DNA of 64,000 nt from Acholeplasmataceae bacterium (GTDB lineage Bacteria > Bacillota_I > Bacilli_A > Acholeplasmatales > Acholeplasmataceae), in assembly GCA_963675245.1 (NCBI GenBank), contig OY775910.1, positions 480,001 through 544,000 of the forward strand, written 5' to 3'. The translations under genes were made by a program, and so were the position numbers. The notes below the pieces were generated by a model. That model saw nothing but the letters and a program-made list of their open reading frames with translations, made no database searches and was not told the origin of the DNA. Below are positions 9,503 to 20,162 of the stretch, one piece after another; within the stretch, counting starts at the first letter, position 1; each line of letters begins with the position of its first letter.

Positions 9503-11950
9503 TTATTTCTCTACGACATTAATCTCAAACTGTGCTTTAATATCTTTATGTAACGTGACAAATGCTGTATAAATACCTACAGAGTTTATTTCGCTTTGTA
9601 GTTCTAGTTTCTTTTTATCGATGACAATACCATGTTCTTCTTGGAACTGTTCAACGATTTGTTTGGTTGTAATAGATCCAAACTGCTTACCACCTTTACC
9701 AAGCTGAATACCTACTGTAATGGATTTACCATTAATTTCTGATTTTAGTTTCTTCATTAATTCAAGATATCGTTTTTGTTCTTGAACTCTTTCTGCTTTT
9801 TCTTTTTCTAATGCTGTAACATTTTCATCTGTAGCAGCTACAGCCTTCTTTTGATTTAAAAGGAATTGTCCATAACCGTTCGCGACATCGATAATGTCAT
9901 CTTTCTTTCCTTTTCCTTTCACGTCTTCTGTTAAAATAATCTTCATCTGTTCGCCTCCTCCGTATTCTAATTCAACATATTCTTTAATTTTTTCATAAAC
10001 ATCCATGATAGATGTGTTTTTAATTTGTGCAGCGGCACTTGAAAAGTGACCTCCACCACCAATCATTTCCATCAAAACTTGCACATTCACTGTTTTCCAA
10101 CTTCTTGCGGATACAGCTACGGTTTCTTCATCCATTCTCGCTATCGTGAAGGATGCGTCAATACCATTGACCTGTAATGCTGCTTCTGAAACTTGAGCCA
10201 ATAGTGCACGATCATCATATATGTCTGTCGTAACAACAAACGCGAATCTCGCATCAACGATTTCCATTTGATCTAAGAGTTTATTGATTTCCATGGTTCT
10301 AACATAATCTTTTCTTAACCAAATCTTAACTTCTGCTGGATCAGCACCAAATTCTTTTAATTTGGATGCTACTTCAAATGTACGAGATGTCGTACGATAC
10401 ACGAAATCAGATGTGTCCATGACTAATCCACCATACATGATGGATGCTTCTAATTGACTTATTTGAAGGGGACTATCTGACATATTATAGAAACTCATCA
10501 TATCGATTAATAATTCGATCGTTGAAGATGCTGAAGGCTCGATGACAGAAAAAGTCGCGTGGAATCCTTCATCACCTGCACGATGATGATCAATCACAAT
10601 TTTAGGTGTTTTTTTCTTACAAAGTTCTGGTGCCATAGCGAGTGCTGGTGATTGTGTATCTAATAAGATTATCAAACTCCTATCATCCACATTATCTTTG
10701 ACTTCGTTGCTTGTAACTGTATCTTCAATAATATTTTTAGAGTCTTGTTTAATGCGATTAAAAACAATCTGTGTCGTGTGATCCAATTGTTCTTCATTAA
10801 CAATCATCTTGACATTTTTTTGTGTTGTCTTTGCCATATAATACATCGCTAGCATAGATCCATATGCATCCAAGTCAGCAGAATGGTGTGCCATGATATA
10901 AACTTCATCCGCTTTTTCAATATAATCTTTTATCGTTAGCGCATTGATTCTGACACCAACTCTTGAATTTCTAATCGCTGCATCACTTTTCGCACCAAAA
11001 TAGGCAATCTTTTGGTCTTGGACGTTAACAACCGCTTGATCACCACCACGCTTTTCAGCAAGTTCAACGGCATTTTGTGCATACACACCTAATTCTTCAT
11101 AGCTTATATCCCAACTTGCAATCCCCATAGAGACAGATACTCTAACTTTGTGTGTGTTTGAGATTTGTCTCACTTTATCTAACAAATCAAATTTATGTTC
11201 AATCATCATATCGAGATTGTGACGATTCGAAATAAAGACTAATTTGTCATCATCATATGGTTTTAAGTACCCATCATATTGATGTGCCCAATCATTAATC
11301 GCAGCTAAATACATACCTTGAAGAGATGATTGTTCAGAAACATCTAACATCGATAACGCTTCTTCTAAGTTATCTAAATATATCGTTCCTAATGCCGGTA
11401 TTTGTTGTTGATAACGGTGACTCATTTGTTCTCTTGAAGTTACATCAAACAAATAAAAGAACTTTAAATCTGGGCGATATGAGACATCATAATAACTTTG
11501 ATCGATTTGAATGGTAAAGTTTGTTTTTGTGCCAGACGTTGCTTCATAAAGTTTATTACTTACATCTTGTAGTCTTCGGCCGGTCACTCTATTTGAAAAA
11601 ATATGTTGTGCATGAGGATTAGCCCATTTAATTTCCAAATCCTCATCACATGCAATAATACCAATTGGTAATTCATTAAATATTTCATCGCCAACTTGTG
11701 AGACATGATATGATAATTTTGTCCACATGGATAGTCTATTTTGAAGGGTCGCTATTTTATGTCTAGATTGTTCATTAATCACAAACGTAATCGCGACAAA
11801 CATAAAAATAATACCTATGACTAAAAAGACGAATGCTGATATCGATCCGCCCGATGATAAATCAAGATATTGCCAATATAAGACGATACTGAGCAAGAAA
11901 ATAATTACTGCTACCGCCAATATAATCCAACGTTTCACGGTTTCACCCAC
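9503..11950 (-). CDS. rplI: GdpP-like c-di-AMP phosphodiesterase (2 TM, PAS, degenerate GGDEF, DHH/DHHA1) fused in frame to ribosomal protein L9
   Basis: KRGGDQAVV, IDHHR, SASST, GGGGHFSSAAAQ, then MKIILTEDVKGKGKKDDIIDVANGYG...FGSITTKQI (L9, 9503-9946) with no intervening stop. Confidence 0.92.
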   Translation of the reverse strand: MGETVKRWIILAVAVIIFLLSIVLYWQYLDLSSGGSISAFVFLVIGIIFMFVAITFVINEQSRHKIATLQNRLSMWTKLSYHVSQVGDEIFNELPIGIIACDEDLEIKWANPHAQHIFSNRVTGRRLQDVSNKLYEATSGTKTNFTIQIDQSYYDVSYRPDLKFFYLFDVTSREQMSHRYQQQIPALGTIYLDNLEEALSMLDVSEQSSLQGMYLAAINDWAHQYDGYLKPYDDDKLVFISNRHNLDMMIEHKFDLLDKVRQISNTHKVRVSVSMGIASWDISYEELGVYAQNAVELAEKRGGDQAVVNVQDQKIAYFGAKSDAAIRNSRVGVRINALTIKDYIEKADEVYIMAHHSADLDAYGSMLAMYYMAKTTQKNVKMIVNEEQLDHTTQIVFNRIKQDSKNIIEDTVTSNEVKDNVDDRSLIILLDTQSPALAMAPELCKKKTPKIVIDHHRAGDEGFHATFSVIEPSASSTIELLIDMMSFYNMSDSPLQISQLEASIMYGGLVMDTSDFVYRTTSRTFEVASKLKEFGADPAEVKIWLRKDYVRTMEINKLLDQMEIVDARFAFVVTTDIYDDRALLAQVSEAALQVNGIDASFTIARMDEETVAVSARSWKTVNVQVLMEMIGGGGHFSSAAAQIKNTSIMDVYEKIKEYVELEYGGGEQMKIILTEDVKGKGKKDDIIDVANGYGQFLLNQKKAVAATDENVTALEKEKAERVQEQKRYLELMKKLKSEINGKSITVGIQLGKGGKQFGSITTKQIVEQFQEEHGIVIDKKKLELQSEINSVGIYTAFVTLHKDIKAQFEINVVEK

Positions 11951-12049
11951 TTTACAATCATTATATCATAATGATTTTGTTATGCAATCAATGATCACCC
12001 GATTTGATTAAAGAAAAACCGCTAGCAAGGCTGCGGTTTTATGTTTTAA

Positions 12050-12292
12050 TTAGTCTTTGACAAATGGAATTAATGCCATGTGTCTAGCGCGTTTGATTGC
12101 TACTGCCAATGGTCGTTGCCATTTAGCTGACGTACCTGTGACGCGTCTTGGTAAAATCTTACCTCTATCGGTAATGAATTTCTTTAGTAATTCAACGTCT
12201 TTAAAATCGATATGTTCAACTTTATTTTGTGTGAAGTAGCAAACTTTTTTACGGCGTCTAAAACCGCCGCCTTTATTATTGCGATATGCCAT
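12050..12292 (-). CDS. rpsR: 30S ribosomal protein S18
   Basis: [26 protein letters not shown]. Confidence 0.98.
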   Translation of the reverse strand: MAYRNNKGGGFRRRKKVCYFTQNKVEHIDFKDVELLKKFITDRGKILPRRVTGTSAKWQRPLAVAIKRARHMALIPFVKD

Positions 12293-12307
12293 TATGTGTC
12301 CTCCTCG

Positions 12308-12745
12308 TTAGAATGGTAAATCTTCTTCTGCAGCGAGTTGTTTACTTGTTTCGTAAAACTCATCACTGTCATTTGATGATGGCTCAGGTTGTGAGTATGC
12401 ATCATCATTATTGTTATTCGAGCTGTCGCCCCTCGTCTCTAAGAACTGTACAGAATCACAGACAACTTCCGTGATATAGCGCATATTGCCATCGACTTCG
12501 TAAGAACGCGTTTGAATTCGTCCTTCTATGCCAAGGAGTGCACCTTTACGGATGTATTGTGCAAGATTTTCAGCTTGTCTACGCCAGACAACACATTGAA
12601 TGAAGTCTGCTTGGCGTTCGCCTGATTGATCTGCAAATTGTCTATTGACTGCGAGTGTGAAGTTAACGAAATTAACGTTAGATTGAGTTGATTTAAGCTC
12701 CGGATCTTTTGTAATTCGACCCACTAGAATCACGCGATTAATCAT
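12308..12745 (-). CDS. ssb: Single-stranded DNA-binding protein
   Basis: [17 protein letters not shown]; acidic tail ending DLPF; between rpsF and rpsR. Confidence 0.98.
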   Translation of the reverse strand: MINRVILVGRITKDPELKSTQSNVNFVNFTLAVNRQFADQSGERQADFIQCVVWRRQAENLAQYIRKGALLGIEGRIQTRSYEVDGNMRYITEVVCDSVQFLETRGDSSNNNNDDAYSQPEPSSNDSDEFYETSKQLAAEEDLPF

Positions 12746-12748
12746 CGG

Positions 12749-13036
12749 TTACTCTCCTTCCTTCACAACGATGTAGCGAATTACTGGTTCAGTAATTCTG
12801 ACAACACGGTTGAACTCTGCAACAGCTTCTGGAGTCGCATTAACGAGTAGCCACACATAGTAGCCTTTCTTGTAATGGTTGATCTCATAAGCTAAATCTT
12901 TTAGTCCAAGTTCCTTAAGTTCAAGAACTTCCGAATTAAGATTAACGAAAATATCGTTAAAACTGTTTACGATTGTTTTAATGTTCTCGCTCTCTTCGGT
13001 TGGACGGATGATATACATGATTTCATATTTTTTCAT
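12749..13036 (-). CDS. rpsF: 30S ribosomal protein S6
   Basis: MKKYEIMYIIRP...LAYEIN; ATG 13036 after AGGAGGTG. Confidence 0.97.
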   Translation of the reverse strand: MKKYEIMYIIRPTEESENIKTIVNSFNDIFVNLNSEVLELKELGLKDLAYEINHYKKGYYVWLLVNATPEAVAEFNRVVRITEPVIRYIVVKEGE

Positions 13037-13041
13037 CTTTT

Positions 13042-13092
13042 CCACCTCCTTCTGGTCTATGGTCTTTATTTGCATAAAGACAAGGATAAAAT
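13042..13092 (-). promoter_or_regulatory. S6:S18 ribosomal protein leader RNA
   Basis: Minus strand UCCUU-GUCUUUAU-gcaa-AUAAAGAC-cauagaccag-AAGGAGG: outer helix sequesters the SD around an inner hairpin, as in Firmicutes rpsF leaders. Confidence 0.7.
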
Positions 13093-13143
13093 CTCATGCT
13101 AGGTCATTATATCATAGAACCATCTATAATACAATAAATCACA

Positions 13144-13614
13144 TTAGTTTTTAAGTATGATTTTCTCGATTAAACGGTATGCAAGTGCAACCGTTTCTTC
13201 AATCGCTTCAACACGTGATTCATTTTCAAACGAAATGACTTCAACAAGGCATTGATTGCCATCGCTTACAGCCACAAAAGCCTCTCTTTTATCAGAGCCT
13301 TCTTGTAGGGTTGGACCAGCATTACCTGTAATCCCAACACCGATGTTTGAACAGAGTTCTAAGCGCACACTTTCTGCCATTGCTTTCGCAACTGGCGCAC
13401 TCACAATACCATGTTCGTACATGAATCTATAATTAATACCCAACACATCATATTTTACAGATTCGTTATAGGTCACTAAACTACCTTTTAATACTTTTGA
13501 AGCACCTGGATTTTCCACAATTTTGTAACTTGCGAGTCCCCCTGTCATGCTTTCTGAAAACCCTACTGTTAAATCATAGTCCAAGAGCAGTTGAAATACG
13601 TCTTTACCCGTCAT
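13144..13614 (-). CDS. CinA C-terminal domain protein (nicotinamide-nucleotide amidase, PncC-like)
   Basis: SESMTGG, GSLVTY, VSAPVAKAMAE, GITGNAGP. Confidence 0.88.
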   Translation of the reverse strand: MTGKDVFQLLLDYDLTVGFSESMTGGLASYKIVENPGASKVLKGSLVTYNESVKYDVLGINYRFMYEHGIVSAPVAKAMAESVRLELCSNIGVGITGNAGPTLQEGSDKREAFVAVSDGNQCLVEVISFENESRVEAIEETVALAYRLIEKIILKN

Positions 13615-14705
13615 GATAGTTCAATATCGTAAGTATGCGTTACAAACGATGTGCCTTCCTTTCGTACGATTGTCACCGATAGTATATCACCAAAATCTGC
13701 ATTTTGGATAAAACCACTTATTTCAGCAATCGTCGTCACAGATGTGCCGTTAATCGCAACAATTAAGTCTAATTCTTGTAACACTTCAACAGCTTGTCTT
13801 GTATAATCAAATCCAACGACAACAACACCAGCAGCATCGGTATCAAATTGGTCAGCATTTTCAGGATATTGTTCTAAATAATCCGTTAATTCCACAACAG
13901 TTACACCAAACTTAGGACGTCTTTCAACATTAATATAATCTTCTTCTGCATAGTTTCTAATGATTGGTGCAATCGTATTGATATTAAGTGAATAATTCAA
14001 TCCTTCTGCAGCGATATCGCCAGATTCTGTTGTGATCCATGTGTCTTTAGCAACATTAATCGCGATCACATCACCATTTAAATTGAATAATGGTCCTCCA
14101 CTATTCCCTGGATTTAATTCCGCATCATGCATGATTGCTAAATTATCGATACCATTATAGGATTGTGATGCTTTACTGACAACGCCTTGTGTCACATAAT
14201 TATAGTTCATTAAATCATTTGGTGTACCAATCGCATAAACATCTTGACCAACAATGATTTCAGTGGTTGTATTTTCACTAATTGGTTTAATATCTTTCAC
14301 TGCGAAATTTAAATCAGATACAAATCTCACAACGGCGATATCATAAAGTGAACTAGCTTGATAATCTTGTGCAGGAATCACTGTTTCTTCACTGCCATAA
14401 TAAATTCTAAGTTCATCACCGTCTGTCGCAACAGAATCAATGACGTGATAGTTTGTTAAGACATAATAAAGGAATTCACCTTCAACATCAGTCGCGTCTT
14501 TTTGGAAAATAACGCCTGATCCAAAGCCACTGTCCGTTTCAACAACGACAACCGTCGGTATAACCGATTGAAGCATATTGATTCTGGTTTGTTCATACGT
14601 GTCTGGTGATTCATATGGTGTTTCAGCTCGTAGATCTAAACATCCTACAAGAGCGAATACCATGAATAAAGTTAAAACGAGTAATAATAGTTTTCTTTTC
14701 ATCAT
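13611..14705 (-). CDS. HtrA-like serine protease lipoprotein (trypsin + PDZ domains)
   Basis: Lipobox LVGC; GSGVI, LTNYHVI, DIAV, NPGNSGGPL; C-terminal PDZ-like region. Confidence 0.9.
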   Translation of the reverse strand: MMKRKLLLLVLTLFMVFALVGCLDLRAETPYESPDTYEQTRINMLQSVIPTVVVVETDSGFGSGVIFQKDATDVEGEFLYYVLTNYHVIDSVATDGDELRIYYGSEETVIPAQDYQASSLYDIAVVRFVSDLNFAVKDIKPISENTTTEIIVGQDVYAIGTPNDLMNYNYVTQGVVSKASQSYNGIDNLAIMHDAELNPGNSGGPLFNLNGDVIAINVAKDTWITTESGDIAAEGLNYSLNINTIAPIIRNYAEEDYINVERRPKFGVTVVELTDYLEQYPENADQFDTDAAGVVVVGFDYTRQAVEVLQELDLIVAINGTSVTTIAEISGFIQNADFGDILSVTIVRKEGTSFVTHTYDIELS

Positions 14706-14706
14706 A

Positions 14707-15462
14707 TCAGTCTCCTAAATGAAATAGTTGATTTGCATTTCTAGTTGTTTGTCGGATGACTTCTTCTTCCGATAAATCTCGTAATCTTGCAATTTCTTTT
14801 ACAATGTAAGGTAAATATTTTGGTTCGTTACGTTTACCACGAAAAGGCGTTGGTGCTAAGTAAGGGCTATCTGTTTCTGTGAGTAACCATTCAAGTGGTA
14901 TACGTTTCGCGATATCAATCGCGTTTCTTCCATTTTTGAAGGTCACTGGACCATCAAGTCCTACATAGAAGCCTAAGTCAATCGTCTTTATAACATCGTT
15001 AAAATCTGAGCTAAAACAATGGAAGACACCTTGCACTTTATCCTTATATGGTAATACGGCTTCATACGCTTCTTCAAATGAACTTCTTGTGTGAATGATG
15101 AGTGGTTTGTTGTATTCAATGGCTAATTCGATTTGTTCTTTAAACACGTTTAATTGTGTTTCAAGATTATCCTTTCGCCAATGAAGATCAATCCCACATT
15201 CACCAATCGCGACCACCTTCGGATGATTGAGATAGGGTATTAATGTTTCAACACCACCATTATCTGCAACACTTGGATGGATACCTACGGTCGCATATAA
15301 ACCATCATATTGTTCAGCAAGTTCAACTGCTCTTTTATTTGACGCTGGATCAATACCAATCACAATGATTGGCTTTACGCCTGCAGCAAACGCATCCTTA
15401 ATGACTTGGTCGACGTCTGTTTCAAATTCTTCGATGTTAATATGGCAATGTGTGTCGATCAT
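14707..15462 (-). CDS. tatD: TatD-family deoxyribonuclease
   Basis: IDTHCH, GIHP, AIGECGID, IIHTR, HCFS, ETDSPYL. Confidence 0.95.
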   Translation of the reverse strand: MIDTHCHINIEEFETDVDQVIKDAFAAGVKPIIVIGIDPASNKRAVELAEQYDGLYATVGIHPSVADNGGVETLIPYLNHPKVVAIGECGIDLHWRKDNLETQLNVFKEQIELAIEYNKPLIIHTRSSFEEAYEAVLPYKDKVQGVFHCFSSDFNDVIKTIDLGFYVGLDGPVTFKNGRNAIDIAKRIPLEWLLTETDSPYLAPTPFRGKRNEPKYLPYIVKEIARLRDLSEEEVIRQTTRNANQLFHLGD

Positions 15463-15555
15463 CAAATCATCTCCTTACCTTGATAATATTATAACACTAT
15501 CGTGTTAAATTGTAATCGGTGAGACAGTTTCACGATATTTTAACATATAGTCTAT

Positions 15556-15581
15556 AAAAAAAGAGGCTTTTCAGCCTCTTT
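15556..15581 (-). terminator. Terminator downstream of tuf
   Basis: AAAAAAGAGGCT-tttc-AGCCTCTTT. Confidence 0.8.
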
Positions 15582-15600
15582 AAATATATGTTTTTGGTTA

Positions 15601-16785
15601 TTATTCAGTAATCTTAACAACTGAACCAGCACCAACAGTACGTCCGCCTTCACGAATTGAGAACTTAGTTCCTTCTTCTAAAGCGATTGGGTGGATCAAT
15701 TCAACGTTCATCACAGTGTTATCACCAGGCATAACCATTTCTGTGCCAGCTGGTAATGTAATCACACCAGTAATGTCTGTTGTATGGAAATAGAATTGTG
15801 GGCGGTAGTTTGAGAAGAATGCAGTGTGACGACCACCTTCTTCTTTTGATAAGACGTAAACTTGTGCTTCAAACTTGAAGTGTGGGTTAACGCTCTTTGG
15901 TTTAGCTAATACTTGTCCACGTTCTACTTGTTCACGGCTGACACCTCTTAATAAGGCACCGATGTTGTCACCAGCTTCTGCATAGTCAAGAAGCTTTCTG
16001 AACATTTCAACACCAGTTACAACTGTGCTCTTTGTTTCGTGAATACCAACGATTTCAACGTTGTCACCGACTTTTAATTGACCACGGTCAACACGTCCAG
16101 TAGCAACTGTACCACGTCCTGTGATTGTGAAAACGTCTTCGACTGGCATTAAGAAAGGCTTGTCAGTTTCACGTTTTGGTGTGTCGATATATTCATCAAC
16201 AGCAGTCATTAATTCTTCGATTGATGCAATCCATTTTGCATCACCGTTTAATGCACCAAGTGCAGAACCACGGATAACAGGTACGTCATCGCCTGGGAAG
16301 TCATATTCTGATAATAATTCACGAACTTCCATTTCAACTAAATCTAATAATTCATCATCGTCAACCATATCTGATTTGTTTAAATAAACAACCATCTTAG
16401 GTACACCAACTTGACCAGCAAGTAAGATGTGTTCGCGTGTTTGTGGCATAGGGCCATCAGCAGCTGAAACAACGAGGATCGCTCCGTCCATTTGAGCAGC
16501 ACCAGTGATCATGTTTTTAACGTAGTCAGCGTGACCTGGGCAGTCAACGTGCGCATAGTGACGGTTTTCAGTTTCGTATTCTACGTGCGCAGTGTTAATT
16601 GTAATACCGCGTTCCTTTTCTTCTGGAGCGCTGTCGATTGACGCGTAGTCTTTGATTTGAGCAAGACCTTTACCAGCAAGTACTGTAGTGATTGCTGCAG
16701 TTAGCGTCGTTTTACCATGGTCAACGTGGCCAATTGTACCAATGTTAACATGTGGTTTGGTTCTTTCAAACTTTTGTTTTGCCAT
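15601..16785 (-). CDS. tuf: Elongation factor Tu
   Basis: [21 protein letters not shown]. Confidence 0.99.
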   Translation of the reverse strand: MAKQKFERTKPHVNIGTIGHVDHGKTTLTAAITTVLAGKGLAQIKDYASIDSAPEEKERGITINTAHVEYETENRHYAHVDCPGHADYVKNMITGAAQMDGAILVVSAADGPMPQTREHILLAGQVGVPKMVVYLNKSDMVDDDELLDLVEMEVRELLSEYDFPGDDVPVIRGSALGALNGDAKWIASIEELMTAVDEYIDTPKRETDKPFLMPVEDVFTITGRGTVATGRVDRGQLKVGDNVEIVGIHETKSTVVTGVEMFRKLLDYAEAGDNIGALLRGVSREQVERGQVLAKPKSVNPHFKFEAQVYVLSKEEGGRHTAFFSNYRPQFYFHTTDITGVITLPAGTEMVMPGDNTVMNVELIHPIALEEGTKFSIREGGRTVGAGSVVKITE

Positions 16786-16847
16786 TTTAATGGTTCCTCC
16801 TAAATTGTTTTATATCGAGTATTTTTATAGTATTTTTTTACATACAT

Positions 16848-16876
16848 ATTGTATATGATAAACTTGTTTTTTGCAA
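16848..16876 (-). promoter_or_regulatory. Internal sigma-A promoter for tuf
   Basis: Minus strand TTGCAA-N17-TACAAT in the fusA-tuf spacer. Confidence 0.65.
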
Positions 16877-16886
16877 GCAAGTACGA

Positions 16887-18959
16887 TTAATTCGTACCAC
16901 GTTTCTTCATTATTTCTTCCATAATAGACTTAGGTGTCTTATCATAGTGAGAAAATTGCATAACGAAGTTTGCACGACCTTGCGTATTTGATCTTAAGCT
17001 TGTCGCGTATCCGAACATTTCAGCTAGTGGTACTAACCCTCTGATTGCGATGGCGTTTCCGCGTGTTTCTTGACTTTCAAGATGTCCACGACGCGATGTA
17101 ATGTCGCCGATAACGTTACCTACATAATCATTTGGCGTAACTACTTCAACGTCCATGATTGGTTCTAGAAGCACTGGATTACCTTTGCTCTTTAATTCTT
17201 TTAAAGCCATTGAAGCAGCAATCTTAAATGCCATTTCTGAGGAGTCAACTTCATGGTATGAACCGAACTTAAGCGTAGCTTTTAAGTCGATGACTGGATA
17301 ACCAGCAATAATACCATTTGGAAGTGATTCTTCAATACCTTTTTGAACGCCAGGAATGTATTCTCTAGGAATAACACCACCAACGATTTTATCCACAAAC
17401 TCAAATCCTTTACCAGGGTTTGGTTCAAAGTTGATGACGACATGTCCATATTGACCACGACCACCAGATTGGCGAACGAATTTAGATTCAATTTCAGCAT
17501 CTGTATCAATTGTTTCACGATAGCTTACTTGTGGTTGAGCAACGTTAGCTTCCACTTTGAATTCACGTTTCATTCTATCAACGATAATGTCAAGGTGTAA
17601 TTCACCCATACCGGCAATAATCGTTTGACCTGTTTCATGATCAGTAAATGTTCTAAATGTTGGATCTTCTTCAGCTAATTTAACGAGCGCGACATTCATC
17701 TTGTCTTGGTCTTGTTTTGTCTTAGGTTCGATTGCTACGTTAATAACTGGTTCAGGGAAGACCATAGATTCAAGAATAATATCACCACCAACAACTGTTA
17801 GTGTGTCGCCTGTTGTTGTGTTCTTTAAACCAACAACAGCTGCGATGTCTCCTGCATAAATCTCTTTGATTTCTTCACGGGAGTTCGCATGCATTTGCAA
17901 AATACGTCCGAATCTTTCTTTTTGGTCCTTATTGGTGTTCATCACATATGAACCTGCATCAATATGTCCTGAATAGACTCTGAAGAACGTTAAACGTCCA
18001 ACATAAGGGTCTGTCATCACTTTAAATGCTAATGCTGTGAATGGTTCATTGTCATTTGGATGACATTCAACTTCTTCACCATCATCATTATGTCCCACTG
18101 TAGCTACGACATCCGTAGGTGCAGGTAGGTAACTGATGACTGCATCAAGCATTAACTTGACACCTTTGTTTTTAAATGCAGTACCACAGATGACCGGGAA
18201 GAACTTAACAGCTAGTGTTCCTTTACGGATTGCTGCTCTAATTTGATCATTAGAGATGTCTTCACCTTCTAAGAATGCGATCATGATGTCTTCATCGAAA
18301 TCTGCAACAGCTTCAACGAGTTCCATTCTCTTTTCTTCAACGATGTCAACTAAGTTAGCAGGAATCTCAATTTCAACTGCATCCTCACCTGGTTCACCAT
18401 CATAGTGATATGCTTTTCTTTCAATAATATCGATAATGCCATCAAATTCAGCTTCAGCGCCAATGGGCCATTGAACAGGCACAGCTTTAACACCTAAGCG
18501 ATTATGTATTGTTTGAATAGAGTGAGCAAAATCAGCACCGATTTTGTCCATTTTATTAATAAATACAATACGTGGAACTTTATATTCTGTTGCTTGACGC
18601 CAAACAGTTTCTGTCTGTGGTTCAACACCAGCTTGGGCATCAAGTACCGTAACAGCACCATCTAGTACACGTAGTGAACGTGATACTTCAACGGTGAAGT
18701 CGACGTGACCAGGTGTGTCGATAATGTTGACTTTGTGGTCTTTCCAATATGCTGTCGTTGCTGCTGATGTAATGGTAATACCACGTTCCTGTTCTTGCGC
18801 CATCCAATCCATTGTTGCAGCACCTTCATGTACTTCACCAATTTTATGGATTTTACCAGTGTGATATAAAATTCTTTCTGTCGTTGTCGTTTTACCAGCA
18901 TCAATGTGCGCCATGATACCGATATTACGAACTCTGTTAAGCGGGTATAGACGAGGCAT
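16887..18959 (-). CDS. fusA: Elongation factor G
   Basis: [23 protein letters not shown]. Confidence 0.99.
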   Translation of the reverse strand: MPRLYPLNRVRNIGIMAHIDAGKTTTTERILYHTGKIHKIGEVHEGAATMDWMAQEQERGITITSAATTAYWKDHKVNIIDTPGHVDFTVEVSRSLRVLDGAVTVLDAQAGVEPQTETVWRQATEYKVPRIVFINKMDKIGADFAHSIQTIHNRLGVKAVPVQWPIGAEAEFDGIIDIIERKAYHYDGEPGEDAVEIEIPANLVDIVEEKRMELVEAVADFDEDIMIAFLEGEDISNDQIRAAIRKGTLAVKFFPVICGTAFKNKGVKLMLDAVISYLPAPTDVVATVGHNDDGEEVECHPNDNEPFTALAFKVMTDPYVGRLTFFRVYSGHIDAGSYVMNTNKDQKERFGRILQMHANSREEIKEIYAGDIAAVVGLKNTTTGDTLTVVGGDIILESMVFPEPVINVAIEPKTKQDQDKMNVALVKLAEEDPTFRTFTDHETGQTIIAGMGELHLDIIVDRMKREFKVEANVAQPQVSYRETIDTDAEIESKFVRQSGGRGQYGHVVINFEPNPGKGFEFVDKIVGGVIPREYIPGVQKGIEESLPNGIIAGYPVIDLKATLKFGSYHEVDSSEMAFKIAASMALKELKSKGNPVLLEPIMDVEVVTPNDYVGNVIGDITSRRGHLESQETRGNAIAIRGLVPLAEMFGYATSLRSNTQGRANFVMQFSHYDKTPKSIMEEIMKKRGTN

Positions 18960-18970
18960 GATAATTCCTC

Positions 18971-19441
18971 CTACCAGCGATAGTGAGCGAATGCTTTATT
19001 CGCTTCAGCCATGCGGTGCACGTCTTCGCGCTTTTTCACTGCTGCACCTTGTCCTTGAGATGCTTCAATGATCTCTTTTGCAAGTTTTTCTTCCATGGTT
19101 TTCTCATGACGAAGTCTTGCATAATTGATAAGCCATCTTAAACCTAATGTTGTTTTACGTGAAGGTCTGACTTCAACTGGTACTTGGTAGTTTTGACCAC
19201 CAATACGGCGTGAACGGACTTCTAATACAGGCATAATGTTATTTAAGGCTTCATTAAATACTTCAATTGGTTCGCGTCCTGTTACTTCTTTGACACGATT
19301 AAAAGCACCATATAAGATACTTTGAGCTGTTCCTTTTTTACCATCTAACATAATTGTATTTACGATTCTTGTTACAAGTTTTGATTGGTAAATTGGATCA
19401 GGTAATACGTCGCGTTTTGCGATATGTCCTTTACGAGGCAT
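18971..19441 (-). CDS. rpsG: 30S ribosomal protein S7
   Basis: MPRKG...[12 protein letters not shown]. Confidence 0.99.
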   Translation of the reverse strand: MPRKGHIAKRDVLPDPIYQSKLVTRIVNTIMLDGKKGTAQSILYGAFNRVKEVTGREPIEVFNEALNNIMPVLEVRSRRIGGQNYQVPVEVRPSRKTTLGLRWLINYARLRHEKTMEEKLAKEIIEASQGQGAAVKKREDVHRMAEANKAFAHYRW

Positions 19442-19482
19442 GGTTTCACCTTCTTCCTTTCAAATGATATGTCAATCTTGAA

Positions 19483-19899
19483 TTATTTTTTCTTTGGTCT
19501 CTTAGTACCATACTTGGAACGTGCTTGTTCACGGTTTTGAACACCTGAAGCATCAAGTGTGCCACGAACGATATGATAACGTACACCAGGTAAGTCTTTT
19601 ACACGTCCACCACGGATTAAGACGACACTGTGTTCTTGAAGTGAATGTCCAATACCTGGGATGTATGCTGTAACTTCTGTTTGATTTGATAAACGAACAC
19701 GTGCATATTTACGTAATGCTGAGTTTGGTTTCTTAGGTGTCATGGTTGTAACACGTGTACATACACCACGTTTTTGTGGGGAGCTATAAACAGATATTTC
19801 TTTTTCTTTAGAATTGTATCCGTAGCCTAAAGCTGGTGACTTTGACTTATAGTTTTTTGTTGATCTTCCTTTTTTTACTAACTGTTGAATAGTAGGCAT
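19483..19899 (-). CDS. rpsL: 30S ribosomal protein S12
   Basis: [22 protein letters not shown]. Confidence 0.99.
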   Translation of the reverse strand: MPTIQQLVKKGRSTKNYKSKSPALGYGYNSKEKEISVYSSPQKRGVCTRVTTMTPKKPNSALRKYARVRLSNQTEVTAYIPGIGHSLQEHSVVLIRGGRVKDLPGVRYHIVRGTLDASGVQNREQARSKYGTKRPKKK

Positions 19900-20022
19900 A
19901 TCAAGCGGTTCTCCTTTCTTTCACACATATCCATGTGTTTCTTTTTTCTGTCTCAAAATTTTTTTTGGCTTAACAAAGCCAATTTAATGATTTAACTTAC
20001 GTGCAAATTGCACAGCGTTTTT

Positions 20023-20051
20023 ATTATATAATAAAGGGGTGTTATTGTCAA
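20023..20051 (-). promoter_or_regulatory. Consensus sigma-A promoter of rpsL-rpsG-fusA-tuf
   Basis: Minus strand TTGACA(20051-20046)-N17-TATAAT(20028-20023). Confidence 0.88.
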
Positions 20052-20094
20052 CATTTTTTGATTTAATTTTCGTATTTTTTTAATTTACCTTTCA

Positions 20095-20123
20095 TTGACA
20101 AAACCCTTATATCACTTTATAAT
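20095..20123 (+). promoter_or_regulatory. Consensus sigma-A promoter of the 20163 lipoprotein operon
   Basis: TTGACA(20095-20100)-N17-TATAAT(20118-20123). Confidence 0.85.
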
Positions 20124-20162
20124 TGAATTACATAAGGGGTCATATCATAGAGGAGCGTTACA

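Noticed and set aside
13037..13075. Upstream-extended starts in the ORF track (rpsF here; also ppx, psuK, rpoB, rsmC-like, rplJ, rplK)
   Set aside because: Downstream ATGs have well-spaced SD sequences and match the family N-termini
19920..19940. Short hairpin CACAUGGAUAUGUG upstream of rpsL
   Set aside because: Resembles an element I recall before Bacillota rpsL, but it is too short to call without a covariance search
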